Below are positions 8,398 through 18,531 of a stretch of DNA of 64,000 nt, piece after piece (the stretch's first letter is position 1; each line of letters starts with the position of its first letter). The notes beneath the pieces were generated by a model. The model saw only the letters and a program-made list of their open reading frames with translations. It searched no databases and was not told where the DNA came from. Both the position numbers and the translations under genes were made by a program. Source of the DNA: Planctomycetota bacterium (GTDB lineage Bacteria; Planctomycetota; B15-G4; JADJEK01); assembly GCA_016213895.1 (NCBI GenBank), contig JACQZJ010000028.1:1653-65652 (forward strand). Direction: 5' to 3'.

Positions 8398-9429
8398 TCA
8401 GGGAGTCCTCGCGAGACGGAACCCGATGCCGTCGTACCGGCCGTCAGGAGCGTACCACAGGCGGAACGCGGAGCGGCAGTCCCTCGGATTGCTGCACCAG
8501 GCGCCGCCGCGAAGCGAACGGGCCCCGCCGCCGGCGCGCCCGGCATTCACCGGGTCCAGCTTCTGCGAACGGCCGTAGTAGCGCTCGTCGTACACGTCCG
8601 CGCACCACTCCCATACGTTCCCCAGCATGTCCCGAAAGCCCCACGCGTTTGCCGCGTACGTGCCCACCGGCGCCGTGAACACATGCCCGTCATCAAACGA
8701 GAACACTATCCCGCCGAAGTGGAACTTCCTCTTCGCCGCCTGGTCCGCGAAGTTGCCCTTGCCCTCGCCGCCGGACTCCTCATCGCCCCACCAGTACGCC
8801 GTGCTCGTGCCCGCGCGGCACGCGTACTCCCACTCCGCCTCGCTCGGCAACCGGCAGCCGAATTCCTTGCAGAAGGCCTGGGCGTCGTTCCACGACACCT
8901 GCGTCACCGGGTGCAGGTCGCTGAACTCGTACTCGTGCAAAGGTATCGGCTTTGCCCAGATCGCCCCCTTGCGCAACTCCCCACCATTTCCGGCTGCGTT
9001 GACGGTCCATCCCCCCTCACCGCTCTCCTCGGCGTCGGTCCGGTACTTGGTCTTCCGTGCGAACTCCCGCCACTGCCTTACCGTCACCTCGGTCTCCCCG
9101 AGATAGAACGGCTTGCTGATGTCCACCTCGTGCTGCGGGCGTTCGTCGTCAAACACTTCTCCCTCCACCACCTCCTCTTGCGGCGAACCCATCTGGAACG
9201 TCCCCGGCTCAACCAGGATGAACGTGATCCCCGTCGCCCGGTCGCGCGCCTTCTTCGCGAAGCCCGAAGCCCCGGCCGTGCCGTCCAGGACCTCCCAGCC
9301 CTCCGGGACCTTCCCCGCCGCCGGCGCCGCCTCGCCGCCCGCCTCCGCCTCCTGCCTGGCCCACGAAGCCGCCATCGCGGCCAGTGCCACCAAACCTCCC
9401 AGCGCCGCAACCTTCCGCTTCCCGCTCAC
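8398..9429 (-). CDS. Secreted FGE-sulfatase / SUMF1 domain protein (paralog of the downstream fusion protein)
   Basis: GTG start followed by a signal peptide. The same SUMF1 motifs are present (HPVTQVSWNDAQAFC, LPSEAEWEYACRAG, GNVWEWCAD, RGGAWCS, GFRLAR). The N-terminal region (GFAKKARDRATGITFILVEPG) is near-identical to the internal junction of the upstream gene. Confidence 0.8.
   Translation of the reverse strand: MSGKRKVAALGGLVALAAMAASWARQEAEAGGEAAPAAGKVPEGWEVLDGTAGASGFAKKARDRATGITFILVEPGTFQMGSPQEEVVEGEVFDDERPQHEVDISKPFYLGETEVTVRQWREFARKTKYRTDAEESGEGGWTVNAAGNGGELRKGAIWAKPIPLHEYEFSDLHPVTQVSWNDAQAFCKEFGCRLPSEAEWEYACRAGTSTAYWWGDEESGGEGKGNFADQAAKRKFHFGGIVFSFDDGHVFTAPVGTYAANAWGFRDMLGNVWEWCADVYDERYYGRSQKLDPVNAGRAGGGARSLRGGAWCSNPRDCRSAFRLWYAPDGRYDGIGFRLARTP
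9105..9280. repeat. Duplicated DNA segment shared by the two FGE paralogs (copy 2)
   Basis: See copy 1. The pattern indicates a tandem gene duplication that includes the 5' flank. Confidence 0.7.
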
Positions 9430-9826
9430 CTTCCTGCTCCTTCACGCAAGAACGTCCGCTTCGACGCCGCGATGCTACCACCAAGGCCCCACGCCTGCCT
9501 CCCGCGGCACGGCCTCGCCGCCTCCATCCGCGCTGCGCTGATGCGCGTTCCGCGCGCCCGCGTCGCCCAGGATCGTCGGTCGCCACGCCGCCCGTGCCTT
9601 CACCGCACCCAACCGCCCGCATCGCCGCCGCCGCCAACGAGCCACTCGTCGTTCCTCGCGAGCTGGATGCACCGAAAATCGCCCACCCGCCTCCGGATCC
9701 CAGGGCACCCCCGCGGCGCTCGTCACGGGAGGCATCCGCGGCGTCCGTCCCTCTCCACGCGCACTGGTCCGATTGTCATTTATCGATTCCTCCTCTCCCG
9801 CTGCCAGGCCGCATCATTGTCGTCTC

Positions 9827-11794
9827 TCAGTTCTCAATCACAATGGTCAGTGGCTCAGTCTCCCTCGAACACCACCGGGAAGTCCCATCGCCAAAGAGAA
9901 CCTCGCACTCATCCTCGTTCTTGAGCAGCACCACCCGTCCACGCCCGTTCTCGATGTAGCAGGTCACGGACTCGCTGGAGCCCTTCGGGCGCACGCGCAC
10001 AGATCTCGCCTCTATCCCATGACCATCACCGCTCACGAAATGGAACACCTGTACACGAAGCTTGTTCCTCATGTCGATCGAAGGAACCGAAACCGCCTCA
10101 CCGGGACGGCGTGGCAACGCAACCGAGACCGCCGCTGACTCCGCCAGCAGTCGTCCATTGGCGACAAGCCCAATCCTACCCTCGAAGGGTACGAGAAGCG
10201 CCGTAATGGAATAGCCTCCGTCAGGGCCAACAGGAGCAGACCGGCGGCAACCTGGCGGTCCCGTCTCCACGGACAACAACCCCGCGACTAGGGCATCTTC
10301 CTGTGTATCCAGAAGAACCGCACCAACTAAGTCAACCGCTGCTCCCAACTTGAGAGTCACTTCGGTGGACCCCGGCGGCAACAGCAATCCTCCTCCGGGC
10401 ACCAATGGTGCCGACGTTCCGTCACGAGATCCGAAGGAAACAAGGACCTCCTCGCAATCAACGAGTCCCCGGACTTCGTAACTACCATCCTCAGCCGACA
10501 CACCCAGCAGCTCCTGCCCGTCAGTCCACGGCAGCTCATTCTGACTCATACCGCGTGGCTCCACCTTGACCCAGGCTCGCCGCACCGGCTCGCCACTGCT
10601 CAACACAACCCGGCCACTGATGATCACTGGCCATGCCTCCAGGGAAACGTCTCCGAGATGCCTCTCGCCGTCTCCGGGACCTCCCCGAGACACGCGCATA
10701 CGGGACCACCCGCCCTTTGGCGCTCTCGCCGAGGGCCGAATCGCGATGTCGCACATGAAGTCCCCCTCGCCATCGGGACCGGGCACAGAGAAAGTCGCGC
10801 CCGCATCCGTCTTGCCTCGCGGAAAGGCAGATCGGTGCTTCCCAGTGCAGTCTGCCATTCGCATGTGAAACTCCGCGTCGGCCACGGGCAGTGCGTCGCC
10901 ATCCAGGAGTCGTCCAGACAGCACGACACGCCGCCGGCCAAGCACGATCGACACCCTTCGACAGTGCCCCGCGTATTCTGGGCCCTTCGCAAGCTCAGTT
11001 GCCCAGGAGAGAGCACCGGGTCGGTCGCCGGCGCCGATCTCCAATTCGCCACCGAGTTCAACACCTCGAAACACGACTTCGCCGCCAACGACCGGACACC
11101 TCGCAATCGTCTGAAAATCACCCGTCGGCCGTCTACAGGCTAGCGTGACTTCGCTGTCTCTGGGAATCTCTTGGTCCGCTGGATGCGGCATCACAGAGAC
11201 CTGAATGGTACCCACTGGCCCTAGCACGACAGTCACCAGCTCCCGCAGATCCGAAAGGTCCACCTCCTGAACCAGAGCCCGGTTCGTGCCTCGCGTTACC
11301 ACGACTTGGGCCATCCCCCCCTCGCGCGTGACCTTCTCACGGAGGGATGGGCCCACTTCGATTGTCGCAATCCCACTGGCGGGGTCAGTGGCAGCCGAGG
11401 CGATGCAGCGCACCGCTTCGGAATCGCCGCTGGGCGGTCCCGCGGCGAGGCACACATCGCGGTAGCCAACCGGGCTGCCGTCCGAGTCCAACACTCTCAC
11501 CCGCAAGGTCCCTTGCGCTGGCTCCGTAAAGGAGCCAGCGATGTCCGATTCCGAATGGCCGGCTACAGCGCGGACCGGCTCCTCGCCGGCCTCTTCTCGG
11601 TGAACAGGGTCTGTCTCACTACCCGGGCTGCCACCAACCTCCGTACCGCTGGCGCCCTCCTCATCCGACTGCCCTGATGGAACGCTGCAACGCTGCGCTG
11701 TGCGCACCACCAAGACTATGATGAGGAGAGCGACGATTGAAGCGGCAAAGAGCACCCGCTTCTGAGGTAGGCTTCCTATCCGGCTGCCAGTCAT
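9827..11794 (-). CDS. Membrane-anchored protein with a large extracytoplasmic domain of beta-sandwich repeats (carboxypeptidase regulatory-like)
   Basis: Short N-terminus then a TM helix (LFAASIVALLIIVLVV). Repeated LRVRVLDSDGSPV / GSYEVRGL-type motifs recur, as in the neighbouring large proteins. Confidence 0.6.
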   Translation of the reverse strand: MTGSRIGSLPQKRVLFAASIVALLIIVLVVRTAQRCSVPSGQSDEEGASGTEVGGSPGSETDPVHREEAGEEPVRAVAGHSESDIAGSFTEPAQGTLRVRVLDSDGSPVGYRDVCLAAGPPSGDSEAVRCIASAATDPASGIATIEVGPSLREKVTREGGMAQVVVTRGTNRALVQEVDLSDLRELVTVVLGPVGTIQVSVMPHPADQEIPRDSEVTLACRRPTGDFQTIARCPVVGGEVVFRGVELGGELEIGAGDRPGALSWATELAKGPEYAGHCRRVSIVLGRRRVVLSGRLLDGDALPVADAEFHMRMADCTGKHRSAFPRGKTDAGATFSVPGPDGEGDFMCDIAIRPSARAPKGGWSRMRVSRGGPGDGERHLGDVSLEAWPVIISGRVVLSSGEPVRRAWVKVEPRGMSQNELPWTDGQELLGVSAEDGSYEVRGLVDCEEVLVSFGSRDGTSAPLVPGGGLLLPPGSTEVTLKLGAAVDLVGAVLLDTQEDALVAGLLSVETGPPGCRRSAPVGPDGGYSITALLVPFEGRIGLVANGRLLAESAAVSVALPRRPGEAVSVPSIDMRNKLRVQVFHFVSGDGHGIEARSVRVRPKGSSESVTCYIENGRGRVVLLKNEDECEVLFGDGTSRWCSRETEPLTIVIEN

Positions 11795-12316
11795 TCGACC
11801 TGCCCTCGGGACGTGTTTGGGCGTTTCGGGTGATCACGGTGACGCGTTTGACGTCCTCCGAACGGCCCTTGGCCCGCGGGGTCGCCGACGCACCGTCGCA
11901 AGATGAGTGACCTCTCAACGCTCGCCCGCAACGCGTCACAGTACGCCATTTCACGGTGGACGATCGTACGGTCCGGTCGAGAAAATGGGGCTTCGACGTC
12001 TGGTGTGGGTAGCCACTTGGCCGTCCTCGGCGTTGCGCATGGAGTATTGACGATTCCGTGAGGTTGGGTGGCGGGGGTCGGGGAGGCCACGCGCCGCCCG
12101 CGGCTCCGGGGGCGCGACCGCGCCGAGCCGCAGCTGCTCGTCACGGCCGTGCGTCCCCTCGCCGCCGGGCTGCGCTCGCAAGCCCGCCGGACGACGCCAG
12201 TTGTGCGCCCGCCCCTTCGAAGTGAAGGGCGGGCGCTCCAGGGCCGATGTGCTTGAGGAGGGCCGGGGAGTCGTCCAGCCTATGCGGCGTTACCAACACG
12301 AAAGGTCGAAGCCGCG

Positions 12317-12811
12317 TTGTTCGCCATGGAGCGGCCCCGCCTGCACGGCAATCAGTACTCGGTGCCGCTGCCGGTGGGACGGCAGGTGCAGGTGCGCGAA
12401 ACGAGCCAGTCGATCGAGATCTACGACGGGCCGCGGACGGTGGCAACGCACCAGCGCGTGGAGGAGCCGGCCAACAAGCGGGTGACGGATCCGGCGCACC
12501 GCCCGCCACGAGGCGAGGGCAAGAAGATGCGCCTGGCTCAGGAGGAGGCGGCGCTCCTCGCGCTCGCGCCGGAGCTCCTGTCGTACGTCGACGGGCTCAG
12601 GAAGTCCGGGCAGGGCCTGCCCGTGCTGTGGCTGCGCCGCCTGCTGTCGCTCGTGCGCGACTACCCGCGCGCGCCGCTGGTCGCCGCCATCCAGGAGGCG
12701 GCGCGCTACGGGCTCTTCGATCTGCAGCGCCTGGAGCGCATGGTGCTGAAGCGCATCGGGGAGGACTTCTTCTTCCTCAACGGCGACAACGGAGAAGACC
12801 GGAATGAATGA
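12317..12811 (+). pseudogene. istA: IS21 transposase IstA, C-terminal fragment only
   Basis: The segment HGNQYSVPLPVGRQVQVRETSQSIEIYDGPRTVATHQR is the conserved IstA C-terminal domain. No upstream in-frame continuation exists. Confidence 0.7.
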
Positions 12812-13560
12812 CGAAGTCGAGCAGCTCTTGAAGAACCTGCACCTGTCGCGGATCGTCCAGGTCCTCGACGACGAGTTGGCCGCGGCCCGAGGAAAGGATC
12901 CTGGCCACGAGGAGTTCCTCCTGCGCCTCCTGCGCGCGCAGTGGCACGACCGCCAGGAGAAGGCCCTGGAGTGGCGCATCAAGCAGGCGCGCCTGCCTTT
13001 CCCCTGGACCATCGAGTCGTTTCCCTTCCAGCGCCAGACGGGTGTGAGCCGGCGACAGATCCGGAACTTCGCGACCCTGGAGTTCGTGCCACGGGCCGAG
13101 AACATCGTCTTCGTGGGCAAGACCGGCGTGGGCAAGACCGGGCTGGCGGTCGGGCTGTTGCTCAAGGCGCTGCAGAACGGCTACCGGGCGCTCTTCATCA
13201 AGGCCCAGGAGTTGTTCGACGAAATGTACGCCTCCCTCGCCGATCGCTCGACGCCGCGCTACATCCGTCGCCTCAGCCGCACCGACGCCCTGGCGGTCGA
13301 TGACCTCGGGCTGCGGCCGCTGGTGGGCGACGAGCCGCTGGACCTCTACGAGGTCATCCGCCAGCGCTACGAGCGCGGCTCGATGATCGTGACCTCGAAC
13401 CGGGCGATCGCGGAATGGCCGCCGCTCTTCCTGGACGCCCTGGTGGCGACCGCCGCCATGGACCGCCTGCTGCACGACGCGCAGGTGATCGTGATGGAAG
13501 GCGACTCCCACCGCAACCCGCCGACGACGAAGAGGCGGAAGGGGTGGAAGATGGTGGTGC
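12804..13560 (+). CDS. istB: IS21 helper ATPase IstB (3' end undefined; the frame reads through to 14612 without a stop)
   Basis: Walker A (VGKTGVGKTGLAVGL), Walker B (LAVDDLG) and a C-terminal LLHDAQVIVMEGDSHR motif. The native protein should end about 15 aa later; the long open tail is GC-driven read-through. Confidence 0.7.
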
Positions 13561-13989
13561 GGACGTCCGCCACGCGCGCGGAGCGACGCGGTGAGTCTCG
13601 TGTGCTGGTCACCGCCGTGGAGAGGCCGTGGACAGCTGACGCGGCGTGGAAAACTCCTTGCCTGTTTGAACGGCGGAGTTTCCCACACCGCTACCTGCCC
13701 ACGGCCTCCCCACGGCTCGTCCCCCGAAGAGCCCACGCCGGGCCGTCCGCTGCCGCTCTTTCCGCCCCCGATCCCTGGCCCGTTTCGCAAGAACCATGCC
13801 GCCAGCCGCCGTGGACCAGCCTGGCTGACCCGACCAGCGATTCTGCGCGGCGCCCACACCGCCTTCGTGCACAACGCCGAGCACGCCATCCGAACGTGCT
13901 CGACAAGTGGACTTGCTTGGCCGAACCAAGGGTGGACTTTGCAGGCCGGTCCTTGACAGAAACGGCCCTCTTCATCCGAGTAGACCACA

Positions 13990-16124
13990 GGCAGGACTCG
14001 CCCGGCGAGGACCGCGACGGACGCTTGGCCAGCGTTTCGCGTGAGCAGGATGCGCGCGTCGGGGACGAGACGTCCGTCGCGCCGGAGGACAACGCCGGCG
14101 ACCAGCGGCGGGGGCATCGCGATGTCTCCAAGAGCGATCGCGCCGCTTGCCGGGGCGTCGGCGATGCGCACGGAGCGGTCCGCGGCGCCAGCGGCGGCCG
14201 CCAGCGGGCGCAGCGTCAGCGTTGTGCCAACGGGCCGCTGCCGGTACTCCGCGACCTCGAAGGAGAAACGCCCGCAGTCATCGGTCTGGATCCACGAGCG
14301 CCTCACGCTGGAGTTCGCGTCCGCCTGCAGGTCCGCTTGGAAGATCTCGTGCGGGACGGGCGCGCCGTCTTCATGGACGAGCCGGCCCGACACGCTGACG
14401 AATCGGCCGTCCACGCTCAGATCGATGCGGGCAACGTCACCGGCCGATGTCGGCCCGTTCCCGGTCGTGCTGACGGGCTCCTGGTCCCAGCGGAGTGCTG
14501 CGCGCGCCTCCAGTGTGACTGCGATGCCGACGGGCCAGAAGTCGACTTTGCCGCTCACGGTCTTCCGCGTGAGCATCGTCAGGGCCGGGCTGAGTGCATC
14601 GTCTGCCGATGAGAGGGTGATCACTGCGCCATCGGCCAGCGGTGCCCCCGCGCATCCGGTGGTTTGGACGATGACCCGGCCTGTCGGAGGGCAGATCAGG
14701 GTCACCGGTTCACTGGGCCAGAGGCGCACGTCACCCGGGACCGTCGTCGCCACGGGATGAGCAAGCGGGAAGGCCAGGGCGACGGAGAGGACTGCTTGGG
14801 AATGCGGCGGAGGAGGATCGACCTTGGGCACAAGGCGCGCGAGCCCGCGCGCGTGGTCGGTTCGTGCGATCGCCAGGAATCTGGGTGTCTTCGTCCCGGC
14901 GCTCGGCGTCGTGCAGAGGAGCGCGACTGGAACATCGCCGACAGGCCGCGAGCAGGCGTCGACGACCCTCACGGCCAGGGAGGCCAGCGGCTCCAAAGAG
15001 ACCTCGACAGGGTCTTGTTGGCCGCTGCGAATGAGCGTCTTCCCAAACAGAGACTGACCGACGCGAGCGATGATCGTCGCTCCCATCGGGCCTGGCCGTG
15101 GGACGCAGGCGTTGCCATCCGCACCGGCCACGTCGCGGTACGTGAGCGAGCCGATCGCATCGAGCCAGTCGGCCAGGCTCAGTCGCTCCAGGTCGTGAAG
15201 CGCTTCGGCAAACGCCGCATCGAGGCAGCATCGGCCCTGCTCGATGAACAGAACCTCCGCTCCTGCCACGGGCTCCCCCGTGTCGGCTCTGACCACCCGC
15301 ACGGCCAGAGCAGGGGCGGATGCCGCCGCATCCGTCGGCGCTGATGCCAGTGGCACCCGGCTGGATTCTACCGGGGGGGGATCGGCGGAGACGGACTGCT
15401 TTCGGACAGGCGCTCTCCCAGCCCCTGCGGGCTGCGTGCCGGGAGATGGGATGTCGTCTCGGAACACCCAGATCGAGGATCCGGTCAGGATCGCCGCGAG
15501 CAGCACGGCAAGGGTCAGCAGTTTGCTCGCCACCAGCAGTCCACCCATCATCGATGCGTTCGCCTGCGGAGATCCCGATGCCAGCGGGAGCATCGCGGAA
15601 AGCCAGGCGGAACGGTCCCCGCCGTGTCTGCGGTCCAGTTGCTCTCTGAGCTTCCCGAGCGCGCGCGTCAGCCGGCTGTTCACTGTGGCCGGACTTGTTC
15701 CCTCGCGGCGCGCGATTTCCCTCGGGGCAAGCCCCTCGAAGAAGCGCCCCAGCACGGTGCCCCGGTAGGGCTCCTCGAGAGAGATCACTGCCGCTGCGAG
15801 CAGGCGCTGCTGCTCGAGGCGCTCCACGATCTCTTGCGCGGAGAGTCCGGGCTCAGGTCGCGCACCCTGCCTCTCGCGCCTCAGCCGGCGGGCGCTGCTG
15901 CGATGCTGTGCTGCCGCTACGTTCTTCACGATCCCGGCGAACCAGCCGCGGAAGGATCCTGTCGGCCGCGCGTCCGAAGTCAGAGCCGTGGAGTACGCAT
16001 CCTGGACGACGTCTTCGGCAAGATGAGAGTCCCCGACCAGCCGGCGGGCCAGGGCGATGACCCAGCCGCCATCTGCCGCAAGAACTTCGATTTCCCGGAA
16101 CGTCCGATCGGACATGGCATCCAT
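13990..16124 (-). CDS. ECF sigma factor fused to a TM helix and a large extracytoplasmic beta-sandwich domain (sigma/anti-sigma-like fusion); 3' end uncertain and possibly truncated by the IS21 remnant
   Basis: N-terminal sigma-70 region 2 (DVVQDAYSTALTSDARPTGSFRGWFAGIVKN) and region 4 (LEEPYRGTVLGRFFEGLAPREIARREGTSPATVNSRLTRA). A TM helix (LLTLAVLLAAILTGSSIWVF) follows, then AVRVVRADTGEPV-type repeats. The sequence becomes non-protein-like past roughly residue 700. Confidence 0.6.
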
Positions 16125-16413
16125 CAGTGCCTGGTCATGGCTGGCCTCAGTACGTGGTCGCCGGAGCCGGATTCAATGCAGGGAATCGGCCAGCAACATC
16201 AACGAAGAGGCTCTCTGACTTCAGTATAGGACGCGAATGGCCGTGGATCCGGGCAACGGACGGTGGGGATCGCGGCGGGCTTCGTCCAGCAGGTGGAGCG
16301 CTTCCCAGGAGGGAGGCACGTGCTCTGCGGCCGTCTCCCCGGGCGCCAGCGAGCGCGCAAGAAGCAAGGCAAGCGGAGGGTCGTGGTTCTGGCGGGGACG
16401 CCGGGAGTCCGCT

Positions 16414-17187
16414 TCAGCCGGATTCAGGCGCGTCCGGGCCGCTCTGCCAGCGGCGGAGGAGCCGGCCGGCCGCAGGCATGAGCAGCCGCTCGAAGAACCC
16501 GTGGAGCGGCGTCGCGAGCAGCAGGCTCATGGACGCGAGCGCGATGGAGCCGGAGCCGACGAGGTCGTCAGTCAGCCAGTGTGCGCCGCTCACCAGGCGC
16601 GGAAGGGAGAAGACCGCGGTGAAGGCCGCGTAGCACAGGCCCCAGGCCACGCCTCCATAGTACCAGAAGAAGCCGGTCAGCATCAGCAGGCAGACGCAGT
16701 GGTCGCCGAGGAAGGATTGGGTGGACGCGTCCTTCGAGGAGATCCAGGGAACGACTTTGGAGAGCCGAATCGCGCCGCTCACGACCCGAGTCGGACTGTG
16801 GCGGTGAATGTCGAGGACGTCGAGCCCCGCCAGCTTCCGCACCAACAGAATGAACAGCGCCACGGCCACGCCCGCGGCCGCCCGGCGGACCATTTGGCGG
16901 CGATCCCCGGCGAACACGAAGGCGCAGATGATCGCCAAGGTGAGGACGGCCGGCACGAGATCGAAGAGCCGGTGATTCGCGGCGGCCCACGCGACCTGCC
17001 ACCACCCCGGTCCGTCGAGGCTGCCGTTCAGCAGGTGGAATGCGGCACGGTCGAGGTGCTCCCAGTGGATGCGCGTGCTCGGGCAGAGCCACGAGCCGAG
17101 CAGGAGCCCGGCCAGCAGGTTGCACACCAGCAGCCCCACGACGCTCCAGCGAGCCGGGACGGCAGCGTCCGGCGCGAGATGCCTCAT
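16414..17187 (-). CDS. PAP2-superfamily membrane phosphatase
   Basis: Polytopic protein with PAP2 signature motifs (SFLGDH resembling PSGH, and SGAHWLTDD resembling SRxxxxxHxxxD). Confidence 0.75.
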   Translation of the reverse strand: MRHLAPDAAVPARWSVVGLLVCNLLAGLLLGSWLCPSTRIHWEHLDRAAFHLLNGSLDGPGWWQVAWAAANHRLFDLVPAVLTLAIICAFVFAGDRRQMVRRAAAGVAVALFILLVRKLAGLDVLDIHRHSPTRVVSGAIRLSKVVPWISSKDASTQSFLGDHCVCLLMLTGFFWYYGGVAWGLCYAAFTAVFSLPRLVSGAHWLTDDLVGSGSIALASMSLLLATPLHGFFERLLMPAAGRLLRRWQSGPDAPESG

Positions 17188-17385
17188 GAGATCCTCCAGA
17201 AGCGAATCGGCGTGGACCACGCCACGGCCTGCCTGAGAAGCAGTCGTCTCCGAGCGACGCCAACTTGCGCACGGGAACCCGGCGTGACGTGAAGAGCCCA
17301 GAGCACTACACTCTGCCGCAGCGCATGCCGCCCTGGATGCGCGTGAGTTGTCGCGGGCGAGGGCCCGGGCGGAGCGTGAAGCGTC

Positions 17386-18456
17386 GTGAGCTGGCCTGCG
17401 CTTGCGAGAAGGGCCGCAAAGGGGATCGCCATCCTCCTGGTTTCCTTCATCCTGGCCGAAATCGCGCTCCGAGCGTACGCGCACTTCCACCCGACGTTCA
17501 TCTTCTTCGATCCCTCGTACAATCGCTTCCGCGGGAATCCGGGGGCGCCCGACTACGATTTCCACCTCAATTCCCTGGGCTTCAAGGACGTGGAGTTCAA
17601 GCAGCAGAAGGAGGCGGGGACCTACCGAATCGTCGCCCTCGGTGACTCGTGCGCCTTCGGGGTCGTGCCATATCAGCACAACTACCTGACTCTGCTGGAA
17701 GAGAATCTGCGCGGGAACGGCCGCCGGGTCGAAGTGCTCAACATGGGCATTATTAGCACCGGACCGGAGCAGTACCTGGCGTTGCTCGCGAACGAGGGGC
17801 TGGGGCTGAAGCCCGACATGGTGCTGGTCTCCTTCTTCACCGGCAATGACTTCACGGACACACTCGCCAAGGAGCCCAGACGCTGGTGGCAGTACTCCGC
17901 TGTCGCGACGCTGGTCAGGTACGTCGTCGACCTGAATCTCAAGTACCAAGGGAGGTTGAGCTACCCGGGCGCTAGCTATGACGACAATGAGCCGACGTTC
18001 ACAGACGTGGCGTACCTGAGGATGGAGGTGGATCGCAGTCTGATCTACCTGAGGCGGAGGCCGTTCAAGAAGGCGTTCGCCGATGCGGTGGCGTATCTGG
18101 TGCGAATCAAGGACCTGTGCGAGGCGCGCGGGGTCGTGCTGACGGTCGTGATCATTCCTGACGAGGTCCAGGTGAGTCAGGGACTTCAGGCGAAGGTGAT
18201 GGAGACTCTCAGGGCGCCTCCCGAGGAGATCGACTTTGCGCTGCCCAACAGGTTCCTGGGTGAGGAGCTGGAGGTGCAGCAGGTGGACTGCGTGGACCTC
18301 TTGAGCGACTTCGTGGTCGCGGCGGTCGAGAGGGCGCTGTACAAGCCGCGGAACAGCCATTGGAACATCGCGGGGAACAGGCTGGCGGCGGAAGTCCTGG
18401 CCAGACACCTGGCCGCGAAGCTGGGCGGACCTGGCGCGCCTGATCCGCCGAGGTGA
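17386..18456 (+). CDS. SGNH/GDSL-family hydrolase with an N-terminal membrane anchor
   Basis: GTG start, TM helix (IAILLVSFILAEIAL), a GDS block (ALGDSCAFG), and GND (FFTGNDF) plus DxxH-like blocks. Confidence 0.7.
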   Translation: MSWPALARRAAKGIAILLVSFILAEIALRAYAHFHPTFIFFDPSYNRFRGNPGAPDYDFHLNSLGFKDVEFKQQKEAGTYRIVALGDSCAFGVVPYQHNYLTLLEENLRGNGRRVEVLNMGIISTGPEQYLALLANEGLGLKPDMVLVSFFTGNDFTDTLAKEPRRWWQYSAVATLVRYVVDLNLKYQGRLSYPGASYDDNEPTFTDVAYLRMEVDRSLIYLRRRPFKKAFADAVAYLVRIKDLCEARGVVLTVVIIPDEVQVSQGLQAKVMETLRAPPEEIDFALPNRFLGEELEVQQVDCVDLLSDFVVAAVERALYKPRNSHWNIAGNRLAAEVLARHLAAKLGGPGAPDPPR

Positions 18457-18531
18457 ACGGGTGGCGAGGGGAAGGCCGTGAGCGAGGCGGCCGCGACGCT
18501 CCTCCCTCTCTCTTCCGCGAGGTCAACCAGC

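Larger units (their letters stand above)
12317..13560 (+). mobile_element. IS21-family insertion sequence remnant (truncated istA plus istB)
   Basis: The IstA C-terminal domain and the IstB AAA+ helper are adjacent with an 8-nt overlap. IstA lacks its N-terminal ~250 aa and IstB lacks a stop codon. Confidence 0.75.

Noticed and set aside
12777-13990. The 3' ~1.2 kb of the 1115-aa minus-strand ORF
   Set aside because: It is antisense to the IS21 istB/istA genes. The translation degenerates into Arg-rich junk after about residue 700, so it is read-through rather than coding.
13561-14612. Continuation of the istB frame to 602 aa
   Set aside because: IstB is about 250 aa. The remainder has no protein-like features. 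The native stop was probably lost with the IS end.
16568-17272. A 234-aa ORF overlapping the PAP2 gene
   Set aside because: It is an alternative frame of the same strand and lacks motifs. The PAP2 frame carries the signature residues.
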